A stretch of 64,000 nt of DNA from an uncultured bacterium (GTDB lineage Bacteria; Patescibacteriota; Saccharimonadia; UBA4664), in the NCBI GenBank assembly GCA_963720265.1, contig CAVRET010000002.1, forward strand, positions 520,704 through 584,703, in the 5' to 3' direction. A program made the position numbers and the translations under genes. How positions within the stretch are numbered: the stretch's first letter is position 1; every line of letters starts with the position of its first letter. The notes below the pieces were generated by a model. It was not told the origin of the DNA. It did no database searches and saw only the letters and a program-made list of their open reading frames with translations. This document shows positions 34,877-45,000 of the stretch, piece after piece.

Positions 34877-35731
34877 ATGACACCGGAAGCTGCCCTCGAA
34901 TACATCAATGCCGCCAAATCTTCGAGCTATGCTGTAACCGGACAATTTTCAGGCGGCGATGAACAAGGCGCCTATGGTGTAGCTACACCAGACGGCCAAG
35001 CCGCGGTGCTCAAGCTCAGCCGCAATCCCAGATGGCGCAGTCAAATCGAGCGCGCCAAGGCCGCCACCGACCACCTACGCGCCCTCGGCTACCCGGTTCC
35101 CACCTACCTCTATATCGACGCCACTGATACCGGCACATTTTGGCTCGAAAGCATGCTGCCTGGACTACCAGTAAGCCAACCCACGCCGGCGCATGTCACC
35201 GAGCTGCTACGCCTCATTGAGCTCCAAAAAGATCAAACCATCTCAGACGTCCAGGGCCAGGATTGGGGCTGGTATGTGATGAGTGTAGTCTTCCGCGGTG
35301 AATCCGGCTTGGTGCGCGCACTGATGCAATATTCGGTTGGCAGTTCGGCACTGGCGGCCGACATTGAAGGCTTGGTGCGCGGCCTCGACGCCCAAACACT
35401 CCGCAATTCCGATCTTGTTCACGGCGATTTCACCATCGGCCAAGTCCTAACGACCAGCGACCAAGTCACCGGCGTTATCGACTGGGATCAAGTGGGTTAC
35501 GGCGATCGCGCCCTCGATCTAGTAAGTTTATGGTATTCAATCGTTGGTCAGCCGGCGGCCGACGAGGTTATGGAACATGCTCTGCGGGCTACCACCCCGA
35601 GTGTGGTAAAAATTCTAGCCGCCTACAAAATGCTCGCGATTCTCGCCTGGCATATCAACAAGGTCGGCGGCGACGTCGACACCGTCTCGGCCCAAGCCAA
35701 GACGGCGCTTGAGACGCTCCGCCATCTCTAG
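34877..35731 (+). CDS. phosphotransferase enzyme family protein (APH/choline-kinase-like kinase)
   Basis: Brenner-type catalytic motif LVHGDFTIGQVL and a IDWDQVGYGD region. Confidence 0.65.
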   Translation: MTPEAALEYINAAKSSSYAVTGQFSGGDEQGAYGVATPDGQAAVLKLSRNPRWRSQIERAKAATDHLRALGYPVPTYLYIDATDTGTFWLESMLPGLPVSQPTPAHVTELLRLIELQKDQTISDVQGQDWGWYVMSVVFRGESGLVRALMQYSVGSSALAADIEGLVRGLDAQTLRNSDLVHGDFTIGQVLTTSDQVTGVIDWDQVGYGDRALDLVSLWYSIVGQPAADEVMEHALRATTPSVVKILAAYKMLAILAWHINKVGGDVDTVSAQAKTALETLRHL

Positions 35732-35850
35732 ACCGCTCGCTTGTGCTACCATAAGAGGTAAGAACAAGACTAACCTCGGGTGGAAGTGGCGGTAAAGCGC
35801 TGGCAATTTGGTCTCATGTTTGTGTCTGTGGCCGCTTCGGGGTCGCAGTC

Positions 35851-36720
35851 ATGAAAGCTGTCCGCATTTGTGCCACTGGCCTCATCATCGTTGCCATTCT
35901 GGCAGTGGCCACTGCCTACCTCCGCCTACATGTGCCGGCCGTGCTGGCTCCCCGCGGCCCAATTGCACTGCAGGAGCGCAACCTCATGCTGTTTGCCTTC
36001 GCGCTCATGATGATTGTGGTCATCCCGGTCTATGTACTCACTATTACATTCGCCGTCCGATACCGAGCCGGTAACCATAAAGCCAAATACAGCCCGCACC
36101 TGGCCGGTTCGCGCGTGGTTGAAACAATCTGGTGGCTTATTCCGACCGCCCTTATAGTAGTGCTGGGAACGCTCGCCTGGACGTCAAGTCATGAGCTCGA
36201 TCCATACCGCCCAATCGCGTCCACTACCCCGACGATGACTATTCAGGTGGTGGCACTCGACTGGAAATGGCTCTTCATTTATCCGCAGCAAGGCATTGCT
36301 ACAGTCGGTTATGTGGAATTCCCGCAAAATACCCCGATCAACTTCGAAATCACTTCCGACGCTCCCATGAACTCGTTCTGGATTCCGCAACTGGCCGGCC
36401 AAATCTACGCCATGCCCGGCATGTCGACCGAGCTCCATCTTATGGCCTCCAAGTCTGGTTCCTATTACGGTGAATCGGCCAATATCTCTGGTGTCGGTTT
36501 CGCCGGCATGCATTTTGCTGCCAACGCCACCACCACCGCTGATTTCAATCAGTGGGTAATGCAGGCTCAGCATGCACCCCGGCGCCTGACCTCCATTACA
36601 TATGCGGCCTTGGCCAAACCAAGTCAAAACAACCCATCTGCAACCTATGCACTGGCCGACCCCAGCCTCTATAACACCATCATAATGAAATATATGATGC
36701 CGGGAGTAAGCCTGCCATAA
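35851..36720 (+). CDS. cyoA: cytochrome o ubiquinol oxidase subunit II
   Basis: Two N-terminal TM helices plus a cupredoxin-like domain. First gene of the cyoABCDE-like operon. Confidence 0.8.
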   Translation: MKAVRICATGLIIVAILAVATAYLRLHVPAVLAPRGPIALQERNLMLFAFALMMIVVIPVYVLTITFAVRYRAGNHKAKYSPHLAGSRVVETIWWLIPTALIVVLGTLAWTSSHELDPYRPIASTTPTMTIQVVALDWKWLFIYPQQGIATVGYVEFPQNTPINFEITSDAPMNSFWIPQLAGQIYAMPGMSTELHLMASKSGSYYGESANISGVGFAGMHFAANATTTADFNQWVMQAQHAPRRLTSITYAALAKPSQNNPSATYALADPSLYNTIIMKYMMPGVSLP

Positions 36721-38714
36721 TGGGATCTATGACTGCATTCTGGAGTGACGTGTTCGGCCGCCTGACGCTGCATTCGTTCCCCACCAGCCCCATTACCGCC
36801 GGCGCGGCTGTGGGTATGGTGCTGGCGGTAATCGCACTGGCTGCCTTTGCCACCTATAAACACGCCTGGGGCTGGCTGTGGCGCGATTGGTTCACCACCG
36901 TCGACCCCAAGCGCATTGGCACCATGTATCTCATTGTCGCGCTCATCATGCTGCTGCGCGGCATCTCTGATGTAATCATGATCCGCGCCCAGCAGGCCGT
37001 TTCGGTCGGCTCAAACCACGGCTTTCTCAGCTCAAGCACGTTCCAGCAAATCTTTTCCGCCCACGGCACCATCATGATTTTCTTCGTCGCCATGGGGCTC
37101 ATGTTTGGTTTCTTCAACCTCATCGTACCCTTGCAAATTGGCGCCCGCGATGTTGCCTTCCCGTTCTTAAATGCCACCAGCTTCTGGCTCTATGTGGCCG
37201 GTGCAATTCTCATCAATATGTCGCTCGTGGTAGGCGAATTCTCGGCGGCCGGCTGGCTAGCCTACCCGCCGTTGTCCGAGATTCAATACTCGCCCGGCAC
37301 CGGGGTCGATTATTGGATATGGAGCCTCCAAATCGCCGGCATCGGCAGTTTGCTATCAGGTGTCAATTTCCTCGTCACGATTCTGCGCCTGCGTGCCCCG
37401 GGCATGAACATGATGCGCCTGCCGATGTTTTGCTGGAGTGCGCTCGGTTCGCTCGCTCTCATCGTGTTTGCATTCCCCATTCTGACCGTTACGCTTACGC
37501 TGTTGGCCCTCGACCGCACGCTCGGCTTCCACTTCTTTACCGCCGGCGCCGGCGGTAACGCTATGATGTACGTCAATCTCATTTGGGCCTGGGGGCATCC
37601 GGAGGTATACATTCTCATTCTGCCCGCCTTCGGCATTTTCTCTGAAGTCGTGCCGGTATTTTCGCGCAAACCACTCTTTGGTTACACCTCCATGGTGTGG
37701 GCGATTTGGGCCATCGTGTTTCTGTCGTTCACCGTCTGGCTGCACCACTTCTTCACCATGGGCGCCGGTGCCGACATTAACGCTTTTTTCGGCATCATGA
37801 CCATGATTATCGCCATTCCCACCGGCGTTAAAATCTTCAATTGGCTCGCCACCATGTACCGTGGCCGCATTACCTTCGCCACGCCCATGTTGTGGTTCCT
37901 GGGTTTTGTGGCTACCTTCACCATGGGGGGTGTGGCCGGCGTTTTGATGGCGCTTCCCCCGGTTGATTTTCAGCTCCACAACTCGCTCTTCCTGGTTGCA
38001 CACTTCCATACCATGATCGTCGGCGGAGTCGTGTTTGGCTTCTTCGCCGGCCTGACCTACTGGATGCCCAAATTCCTGGGCTTCAAGTTTAACGAGCGCC
38101 TCGGCCGCTATGCCTTTTGGGGTTGGTTCATCGGCTTCCTCGGCGCCTTCATTCCGCTCTACATTCTTGGCATCATGGGCGCCACCCGCCGTCTCGACCA
38201 CTATGAACCGAGCCAGGGCTGGCAGCCACTTTTCATCGTGGCAGCGATTGGTGTGGCCATCGTCTGCCTTGGAATTGGCTTCCAGATATTACAACTCGGC
38301 TACAGCATTTGGAAACGTAAAGAAAATCAGGCCGGTGCTGACCCTTGGGATGCGCGCACGCTCGAATGGTCAACGCCCACGCCGGTACCGTTCTACAACT
38401 TCACCAGCATCCCGCACATTACCAGTCGTGACCAACTATGGGCTGATAAAGAGGCTGGGAAACGGCCCGCCGCACCCAGATACGAAGATATTGAACTGCC
38501 AAACAATACCCCCATGGGTCTATTTATCGGCCTGACGGCCTTGGTCACCGGCTTTGCCATTATTTGGCACATCTGGTGGTTGGCAATTCTTGGCCTGCTC
38601 ACCATCATTACGCTTATGGTTATTCGTCTCAGCGCTGATGACGAAGCCGTCGTGACCAACCTCACCGCCGCTGAAGTCAAGAAGCTGGCCGCCGGAACGG
38701 AGCAGGCGTCATGA
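36720..38714 (+). CDS. cyoB: cytochrome o ubiquinol oxidase subunit I (haem-copper oxidase)
   Basis: 664 aa with conserved HCO histidines (WAWGHPEVY, ...HHFFTMG..., HFHTMIVGG). Confidence 0.9.
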   Translation: MGSMTAFWSDVFGRLTLHSFPTSPITAGAAVGMVLAVIALAAFATYKHAWGWLWRDWFTTVDPKRIGTMYLIVALIMLLRGISDVIMIRAQQAVSVGSNHGFLSSSTFQQIFSAHGTIMIFFVAMGLMFGFFNLIVPLQIGARDVAFPFLNATSFWLYVAGAILINMSLVVGEFSAAGWLAYPPLSEIQYSPGTGVDYWIWSLQIAGIGSLLSGVNFLVTILRLRAPGMNMMRLPMFCWSALGSLALIVFAFPILTVTLTLLALDRTLGFHFFTAGAGGNAMMYVNLIWAWGHPEVYILILPAFGIFSEVVPVFSRKPLFGYTSMVWAIWAIVFLSFTVWLHHFFTMGAGADINAFFGIMTMIIAIPTGVKIFNWLATMYRGRITFATPMLWFLGFVATFTMGGVAGVLMALPPVDFQLHNSLFLVAHFHTMIVGGVVFGFFAGLTYWMPKFLGFKFNERLGRYAFWGWFIGFLGAFIPLYILGIMGATRRLDHYEPSQGWQPLFIVAAIGVAIVCLGIGFQILQLGYSIWKRKENQAGADPWDARTLEWSTPTPVPFYNFTSIPHITSRDQLWADKEAGKRPAAPRYEDIELPNNTPMGLFIGLTALVTGFAIIWHIWWLAILGLLTIITLMVIRLSADDEAVVTNLTAAEVKKLAAGTEQAS

Positions 38715-39310
38715 GCCGCCCAGCCGAAAGTGTCGCGGCCGAAACTTCGGTCACCACCAAAGTCACCTTCGGTTTTTGGGTTTATCTCATGACCGACTGC
38801 GTACTGTTTGCCAGCCTCTTTGCTACGTTCGCGGTACTGCGAAACAACACCTTCGGCGGCCCTCCCGGGAGCGTGCTGTTTAGCCTGCCCTATGTACTTA
38901 CTGAAACGCTTATCCTACTCACCTCAAGCTTCACGTGTGGTCTTGGCTTGCTGGCCGGCTACCGCCAGGCTAAAAACCAGGTAATCGCCTGGTTTGGCGT
39001 GACCTTTTTGCTTGGGCTGTCATTCCTTGTGCTCGAGATCTCTGAATTCACCCGCCTCATCAAAGACGGCAACGGCCCTCAGCGCTCCGGCTTCCTCTCA
39101 TCTTTCTTTACCCTGGTGGGCACGCACGGGCTGCACATTACTGCTGGGCTCATTTGGATGCTTGTGCTCATTACGCAAATTGCCGTTCGTGGCTTCTCGC
39201 CCGCCAGATTGCGCCGCCTGACATTGTTCAGTCTGTTTTGGCACTTTCTTGACATCATCTGGATCTTCATCTTTACCATCGTGTATCTTATGGGAACGAT
39301 ACCGCAATGA
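38711..39310 (+). CDS. cyoC: cytochrome o ubiquinol oxidase subunit III
   Basis: 5-TM subunit-III pattern. ATGA overlap with cyoB. Confidence 0.8.
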   Translation: MSRPAESVAAETSVTTKVTFGFWVYLMTDCVLFASLFATFAVLRNNTFGGPPGSVLFSLPYVLTETLILLTSSFTCGLGLLAGYRQAKNQVIAWFGVTFLLGLSFLVLEISEFTRLIKDGNGPQRSGFLSSFFTLVGTHGLHITAGLIWMLVLITQIAVRGFSPARLRRLTLFSLFWHFLDIIWIFIFTIVYLMGTIPQ

Positions 39311-39660
39311 ACCAGCCGACCTCTGAGCGCAGCACCCTGGGCGCCTATCTTACCGGTTTTGCCTTCTCAATTATTCTCACACTTACGGCCTACTTTATGG
39401 TGGTAGACGTTGCCTATCACGGCAATGCACTGCGGCTGATCATTTGCGCCCTCGCTCTGGGCCAATTTGTCACCCAAATGGTCTTTTTCCTGCATCTCGG
39501 CCGCGAACGCAAGCCCCGCTGGAAATTGCTGGTGTTTGGCGGGATGGTAACCGTGGTACTCATTCTCGTTGGCGGCTCGCTGTGGATTATGCAAAATCTC
39601 AATTACCGCATGACGCCGGCCCAGGTTGACCAATACATGAACAGCCAAGATGGGTTTTAG
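39307..39660 (+). CDS. cyoD: cytochrome o ubiquinol oxidase subunit IV
   Basis: Small 3-TM protein in the expected operon position. ATGA overlap with cyoC. Confidence 0.7.
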   Translation: MNQPTSERSTLGAYLTGFAFSIILTLTAYFMVVDVAYHGNALRLIICALALGQFVTQMVFFLHLGRERKPRWKLLVFGGMVTVVLILVGGSLWIMQNLNYRMTPAQVDQYMNSQDGF

Positions 39661-39666
39661 CCGGGG

Positions 39667-40524
39667 TTGGGGGAGCGGCTTACAGCATATTACTGGCTGA
39701 CAAAGCCGGGAATTGTCTACGGCAACCTGTTGCCGGCCGCAGCTGGGTTTTTTCTGGCTTCGCGCTGGGAGGTTAACTGGCTCAGGCTTGCCGCCATGCT
39801 GGTAGGCCTGGGCCTCGTCATTGCCTCGGCCTGTGTGTTCAATAACATGCTCGACCGTAACCTCGATGCCAAGATGGCCCGCACCCGCCGCAGAGCGCTT
39901 GTTACGGGCCGGATATCACTCACCGCGGCCCTCATCTATGCCGCAGCGCTCGGGCTCATCGGCACTACCTTGCTCGCTGCCTGCACTACCGGGCTCGCTC
40001 TCGCCTGTGCCCTGGCCGGCCTCGTGGGCTATGTAGTGGTCTACGGCGTGGCCAAGCGCCGCACCACTGCCGGCACCATTGTTGGCAGCCTACCAGGCGC
40101 CGTCCCACCGGTTGTGGGCTACACCGCAGTAACCGGTCATTTCGACCTCGCCGCCGCTCTGCTCTTCGCCACGCTTGCCGTCTGGCAAATGCCGCACTTT
40201 TACGCCATCGCGCTCTTCCGCGTTCACGACTACACGACAGCAAACCTACCCGTTTTACCCGTAAAGCACGGTGCCGCAGTCACCAAGCGCCACATTCTCG
40301 CCTATATTGTTGCATTCACCGTTATCTCACCGTTGTTAACGGTGTTTGGCTACACGGCCTGGCCTTATCTCGTGGCCATGATTGCGCTCGGCCTCGCTTG
40401 GCTAGTCCTTGGCATACGTCGTTTCCGCACCGAAAACAACGCGGCTTGGGGTCGCATAATGTTTCGCTTTTCATTGATCGTGTTGCTTGCGTTCAGCCTG
40501 CTTGTTAGCCTTACGCCAACCTAA
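39667..40524 (+). CDS. cyoE: protoheme IX farnesyltransferase (haem O synthase)
   Basis: UbiA-family polyprenyltransferase with NMLDRNLDAKMARTRRRAL motif. TTG start per the track. Confidence 0.8.
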   Translation: MGERLTAYYWLTKPGIVYGNLLPAAAGFFLASRWEVNWLRLAAMLVGLGLVIASACVFNNMLDRNLDAKMARTRRRALVTGRISLTAALIYAAALGLIGTTLLAACTTGLALACALAGLVGYVVVYGVAKRRTTAGTIVGSLPGAVPPVVGYTAVTGHFDLAAALLFATLAVWQMPHFYAIALFRVHDYTTANLPVLPVKHGAAVTKRHILAYIVAFTVISPLLTVFGYTAWPYLVAMIALGLAWLVLGIRRFRTENNAAWGRIMFRFSLIVLLAFSLLVSLTPT

Positions 40525-40532
40525 ACGGCTAG

Positions 40533-40814
40533 CTACTTGTAGTACCGCTTACGTGCCAGCCGGCGGTTGAGTCTCATCGCGATCGTGCCGCCGCCATATC
40601 GGTACATAACGACAAAATATACAATCGTTAACAGTGGCGGCGCTGTCGCAGCCGCGCCATAGATCGAAACGCCATTCGATATCGACTTGCCGAATAACAT
40701 TCCCGTTAGCACTGTGAGTACAAAAAAAACGAGTATGGCTTCAAAGATCGAGTCGAGAATCAATATAAACTGAAGGATCCAGGTCGGGAACAGTACATAT
40801 TGCTTTGCTTTCAT
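40533..40814 (-). CDS. small membrane protein, unknown function
   Basis: 2-3 TM helices, 93 aa. Confidence 0.35.
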   Translation of the reverse strand: MKAKQYVLFPTWILQFILILDSIFEAILVFFVLTVLTGMLFGKSISNGVSIYGAAATAPPLLTIVYFVVMYRYGGGTIAMRLNRRLARKRYYK

Positions 40815-40921
40815 AAAGGCCCTGCTTTGTGGATATTGTGGTGCGCGGGCGTCAATTATGTCAACTGCACGAAGACCAGGCTTGCGCCCAGATACCCAAT
40901 CCGCTTATGATTGTAACTGAT

Positions 40922-42166
40922 ATGGCCACACAACAATCTCAAACCAAGGTCGTAATCGTTGGCGGCGGCTTTGCCGGCGTGCGGGCGGCGCGCAAATTAG
41001 CGCCTCACCGCGAGCTTGCCGTCACGCTGATTTCGGCCGAGCCCACGTTTTCGTATTACCCACAGCTCTACCACTCGGCCACCGGCGGCTCACGTTCCGA
41101 ATCGGCCCTACCGCTCAACGAGTTGTTGGCCGGACTACCGGTGAGCCTAGTACACGACACTGTCGCCACCATCGATCCCGCCGCCCGCATCGTTGCTTCC
41201 GCCGGCACTAGCTATACCTACGACCAGCTCGTTCTCGCCCTGGGATCTGTCACTAACTATTTCGGTATCCAGGGTCTGCCCGAATTCAGCTACGACATCA
41301 AATCTCCGAGCGGCGCTGAGCGGTTCAAGCGCCATCTCCACAAACAGCTCGTTGACGACAAAAAGCCGGACCTCAACTACGTTGTCGTCGGCGGCGGTCC
41401 CACCGGTGTTGAGCTAGCGGCCGCGCTCGGCAGTTACCTCCGCTACGTCACCAAAAAGCATGGTATGAGCGCGCCCAAGTATTCGATTGATCTGGTGGAA
41501 GCCGCTCCGCGCCTATTGCCTCGTTCAAGTGAGGCCACCAGCGCCAAAGTTACCAGCCAACTCCAGCACCTAGGCGTGAATGTCATGACGGCTCAAACCG
41601 TCCAGGCTGAAACTGCCGACGCCCTCCAGCTGGCCGGCCAATCACTTGCTACCAAAACTGTCGTCTGGACCGCCGGTGTCGCCAACAATCCGTTCTTTAA
41701 AACCAACGCCGCCCACTTCACCCTGTCCAAAAACGGCCACGTCGAGGTTGACGAACATCTTCAAGCCGGGCCGAATGTTTATGTACTCGGCGACAATGCC
41801 GTGACCCAATATGCCGGCATGGCTCAAACCGCTATTGATAACGCCGATTTTGCCGCCGCCGACCTCCTGCGGGTAGTGCACAGCCAACCCAGGTCGGCCT
41901 ACAAGCCGGCCGCGCCTGCCAGCGTTATCCCGGTGGGTGAGCACTGGGCGGTAGCCGACTGGGGCGTACTGCACCTAAACGGTTTTGCCGGCTTTATGCT
42001 CCGCCGTGCCGCTGATCTTATTGGATATGCCGATGTCGAATCCTGGTCCAAAGCGCTGGGAGTTTGGCTGGCCGACGGCCGCCGCGAAGACGACTGCCCT
42101 ATTTGCCAGCCGGGCACGCCCCAGGCTACCACTCCGCCCGAAGTTCAACCCGAAACCGAAGCCTAA
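40922..42166 (+). CDS. ndh: type II NADH:quinone oxidoreductase (NDH-2)
   Basis: Two dinucleotide-binding motifs: VVIVGGGFAGVRAARKL and VVVGGGPTGVELAAAL. Start chosen at ATG 40922. Confidence 0.8.
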   Translation: MATQQSQTKVVIVGGGFAGVRAARKLAPHRELAVTLISAEPTFSYYPQLYHSATGGSRSESALPLNELLAGLPVSLVHDTVATIDPAARIVASAGTSYTYDQLVLALGSVTNYFGIQGLPEFSYDIKSPSGAERFKRHLHKQLVDDKKPDLNYVVVGGGPTGVELAAALGSYLRYVTKKHGMSAPKYSIDLVEAAPRLLPRSSEATSAKVTSQLQHLGVNVMTAQTVQAETADALQLAGQSLATKTVVWTAGVANNPFFKTNAAHFTLSKNGHVEVDEHLQAGPNVYVLGDNAVTQYAGMAQTAIDNADFAAADLLRVVHSQPRSAYKPAAPASVIPVGEHWAVADWGVLHLNGFAGFMLRRAADLIGYADVESWSKALGVWLADGRREDDCPICQPGTPQATTPPEVQPETEA

Positions 42167-42183
42167 CGCGTTAATAAAGACCT

Positions 42184-42215
42184 GCGGACCCCACCGGTGG
42201 GTGGGGTCCGCTTGA
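42184..42215 (+). terminator. bidirectional rho-independent terminator between convergent genes
   Basis: GCGGACCCCACCGGTGGGTGGGGTCCGC perfect hairpin. Confidence 0.55.
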
Positions 42216-42230
42216 AAATCTGCACGGATT

Positions 42231-42608
42231 TCAGATTGGTGTGGGGAACAGCGACACGATCACGAACAGGGCCAGGAAGAGAACGGCCGCCACCACCACC
42301 GCCCGCCTCCTCCTCACGCCAAATCGACGGATGAAGAAGTAGATCGCGCCGAACGCGAATAGAGTTGCGATCGACAGGCCCACGTTGCCGACCACGACTT
42401 TGTGGCCCAGGCTGAGATGCCGATCCGCCCCCGAGTAGACAACCGTAGTAATGGTGGTAAGCGCGGCCAGCACCATCAGGCTCAGGGCCAACTGGCCGGC
42501 ATGGCGTGGCGCTGACGACCGCTGGGCAGGGGTCCGGCTTGACCCGGCAGGCGACACATCACTCAAGGTTCTGCTCCTTTGCCGAAACTTTGGGCCGAAT
42601 TGGCCCAA
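42231..42608 (-). CDS. membrane protein, unknown function
   Basis: Arg/Ser-rich N-terminus followed by 3 TM helices. Start is uncertain. Confidence 0.35.
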   Translation of the reverse strand: MGQFGPKFRQRSRTLSDVSPAGSSRTPAQRSSAPRHAGQLALSLMVLAALTTITTVVYSGADRHLSLGHKVVVGNVGLSIATLFAFGAIYFFIRRFGVRRRRAVVVAAVLFLALFVIVSLFPTPI

Positions 42609-42673
42609 ATGCCACCCAATTATTAAACAAGATCACGCCAAAGGCAACGTACGGGGTAGTGTACACTAACGGC

Positions 42674-43468
42674 ATGACCACTGGACCCAAACTCCTCGAC
42701 GGCAACGCTCCGGCCGACTTTTTGCAGATGCGACACGCTCAAATTGTGGCCAGTCTAAGCCAAAAACCGCGCCTGGCCATTATTCGCTCAGCCGACAATC
42801 CGGCCGCCGACCGCTACCTAAAATTAAAGCGCGCCTACGGCGAGGCTATCGGCGCACCGGTCGACCTCTATGTCGAAGATGCGCCCACCCTCATGGAACG
42901 CATCGAGGCGCTTAACGCCGACCCCGGCGTTACCGGCATTATCATTCAACTACCGGTCGCCGGCCCAGACCTTACCGGCAAGGCGCTGGCCGCAGTGGCA
43001 CCGGCCAAAGACGTCGACGGGCTTGGTCCAAACAGTCCGTTTGAACCCGGCACCGTGAAGGCTGTGCTGTGGCTGCTGGCCGCCCACAACATAGATCTTT
43101 CCGGTCGCAGCGTAATTGTAGGCCAGGGCCGGCTGGTCGGCCGCCCACTCGCCTCGCGCCTCGAGGCTGCTGGTCACGAAGTTGTTACCGCCGACATCCA
43201 TACCGCCGATCTCGGCGCCGTTACCCGCACCGCCGATTTCCTGTTTACCGGCACGGGCCGCGCCGGCCTTATTCGTGCCGACATGGTAAAGCCCGGCGCC
43301 GTTGTGGTCGATACCGGTGCGCCCTCATCCGAGCTCGACCCAGCGCTCTACCAGCGCACCGACCTGCGTGCCATCACTCCTAATCCCGGCGGCGTCGGTC
43401 CCATGACCGTCGCCTGTCTGTTCGACAACCTGTTAATTGCCGCCACCACGCCACAGACTGCCTCATGA
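42674..43468 (+). CDS. folD: bifunctional methylenetetrahydrofolate dehydrogenase / methenyltetrahydrofolate cyclohydrolase
   Basis: LNADPGVTGIIIQLP, DVDG, and PNPGGVGPMTVA blocks align with FolD. True start is ATG 42674, not the track's 42506. Confidence 0.85.
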   Translation: MTTGPKLLDGNAPADFLQMRHAQIVASLSQKPRLAIIRSADNPAADRYLKLKRAYGEAIGAPVDLYVEDAPTLMERIEALNADPGVTGIIIQLPVAGPDLTGKALAAVAPAKDVDGLGPNSPFEPGTVKAVLWLLAAHNIDLSGRSVIVGQGRLVGRPLASRLEAAGHEVVTADIHTADLGAVTRTADFLFTGTGRAGLIRADMVKPGAVVVDTGAPSSELDPALYQRTDLRAITPNPGGVGPMTVACLFDNLLIAATTPQTAS

Positions 43469-44160
43469 ATGATAATGATCTCAGTCCCATTAAATTTGCC
43501 CTGTTTGATATGGACGGCGTGCTGTACGACCCCGGCTACCTCGAGCACGGTGCTAAAGTTGGCGTGAGCACCTGGCGGGCAATGTTTGACAGCCTTGGCA
43601 TTACGGACGAACATGCTAGGCTCAGGCGAGCGTTCATTAACGGCCACTTCCCGAGCTATATGGAATGGACTGACGAGGCCTGCCGCCTGCTCCAGCAACA
43701 TGGCCTCACCGAGAGCATATTTACGGGCGTGCTGAGCGGGCTCGTGCCCATGCCCGGCGCCTCCGAAGCTTTCGCAGAGCTAAGACATCGCGGCTACCGC
43801 ACCGCCATCATTACCGGCAGCTTCAAATATCTAGCCGACCGGGCGCAGCGCGAGCTCGGCATCGATCACGTGGTAGCCCACTGCGACCTTAGTTTCGATC
43901 CCAGCGGGCACCTCGACGGCTGGTACCTCACTCCCTGCGATTACGAGGGCAAATCCGATTACTTCCATCGTTTAACCCAGGCCGAGGGGCTGACCCCACA
44001 GCAATGCGCCTACATTGGCGACGGCGTCAACGACATCACGCTCTTTGCCGAAACCGGCTTAAGCATCGCTTTCAATTCTCACCGGCCAACCGTCCAAGCC
44101 GCCGCCGGCGTGGTAGTTGATAAGCCGGACCTGCGCGCCATTCTCAAGCACTTGCCCTAA
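43465..44160 (+). CDS. HAD-superfamily hydrolase (phosphoserine-phosphatase-like, subfamily IB)
   Basis: Motif I FDMDGVL and motif IV GDGVNDI. ATGA overlap with folD. Confidence 0.7.
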   Translation: MNDNDLSPIKFALFDMDGVLYDPGYLEHGAKVGVSTWRAMFDSLGITDEHARLRRAFINGHFPSYMEWTDEACRLLQQHGLTESIFTGVLSGLVPMPGASEAFAELRHRGYRTAIITGSFKYLADRAQRELGIDHVVAHCDLSFDPSGHLDGWYLTPCDYEGKSDYFHRLTQAEGLTPQQCAYIGDGVNDITLFAETGLSIAFNSHRPTVQAAAGVVVDKPDLRAILKHLP

Positions 44161-44279
44161 ACCAAAATAAAAAGCAGCCCCGCTAAAAGGGCTGCCGGAA
44201 ATAATTGCATTTCTAACAAGTAAGAGAGCCGGATACGGCGCCGGGAGCTTCAGCAGCTCCCGGCGCCGCGATCGGTTGT

Positions 44280-44516
44280 TCAGACACAGGCCAGTGCGGA
44301 GCACCTCGCCGGAGGAGACCTCCCTGAGGGCCACGGCCACTTGAGCACGCGGCTCATGACCCCCCGTTCTAGGGGTCGGGCTCGTCGCACAGGCCTTACC
44401 ACCCAGTCGCATTCCCACAACTGCGGCGCCTGGTGGTGCCCCGTCGGAGCACCCCATGACACGCCGCAGAACGGCAGGCTGGCGACAATAAACAGAACCA
44501 ACAGAAGCAGATCCAT
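44280..44516 (-). CDS. small secreted Cys/Trp-containing protein (putative), in a high-GC island
   Basis: AGGAAAGGA Shine-Dalgarno 6 nt upstream of ATG. N-terminal signal peptide MDLLLLVLFIVASLPFCGVSWG. 78 aa. Speculative. Confidence 0.25.
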   Translation of the reverse strand: MDLLLLVLFIVASLPFCGVSWGAPTGHHQAPQLWECDWVVRPVRRARPLERGVMSRVLKWPWPSGRSPPARCSALACV

Positions 44517-44610
44517 CGGGATCCTTTCCTGATGACTGTCATAGGTGACAGCGACGACCATCTCGGGAACCATGTCCCCTAGTCAATCGCCGCAGCCGCG
44601 CCGGAGCCGG

Positions 44611-44733
44611 TCAGGAGATGGTCGCGCTGCCGCCGGTGGCGGTCAGCTCGTCGACCTCGTACGCGCCGAAGCTGCTACTGAAAGAGTTGATGGTGGTCAG
44701 CTCCGCGGGGCTGGCCCTGGTCTGTCCGTGCAT
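44611..44733 (-). CDS. 40-aa peptide ORF (possible precursor-type peptide), in a high-GC island
   Basis: GAGGAGGA Shine-Dalgarno 3-4 nt before ATG. MHGQTRASPAELTTINSFSSSFGAYEVDELTATGGSATIS carries a Ser/Thr/Gly-rich tail. Not in the track (<60 aa). Speculative. Confidence 0.2.
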   Translation of the reverse strand: MHGQTRASPAELTTINSFSSSFGAYEVDELTATGGSATIS

Positions 44734-45000
44734 TTGTCCTCCTCGGGCTTGCGCCGTTACCAGTTGGACGTGCAGTGACGTACCTGCGTACGGGGGAAAG
44801 CCAACAAACCAATCCGTGGCATGCCTAGGATTCGCCTAGTTTCAGTCCGTGTGCTTACCTGAGTCCCGCGTTCGGCCATCAAAACATTGATAACCCGACG
44901 CGAGACTCAGAAAGCTCTCTTACTTGTTAAGGCCTACTTGCAAATTCACAAGCAGAATGCAAAAAATCTTAGAACAAAATGTAAAAAATGTCAAGGACAT

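Noticed and set aside
36854-38201. Multiple 80-280 aa antisense ORFs across cyoB (e.g. 37356..38201)
   Set aside because: They lie antisense to an unambiguous haem-copper oxidase gene and have His/Gly/Arg-rich low-complexity translations typical of GC-rich antisense frames.
44545-44839. Plus-strand ORFs 44545..44778 and 44618..44839 in the high-GC island
   Set aside because: Low-complexity (Ala/Gly/Arg/Ser-rich) translations without start-site signals. They are likely frame noise in 70%+ GC DNA. The minus-strand mini-ORFs with strong SDs were preferred, though still speculative.
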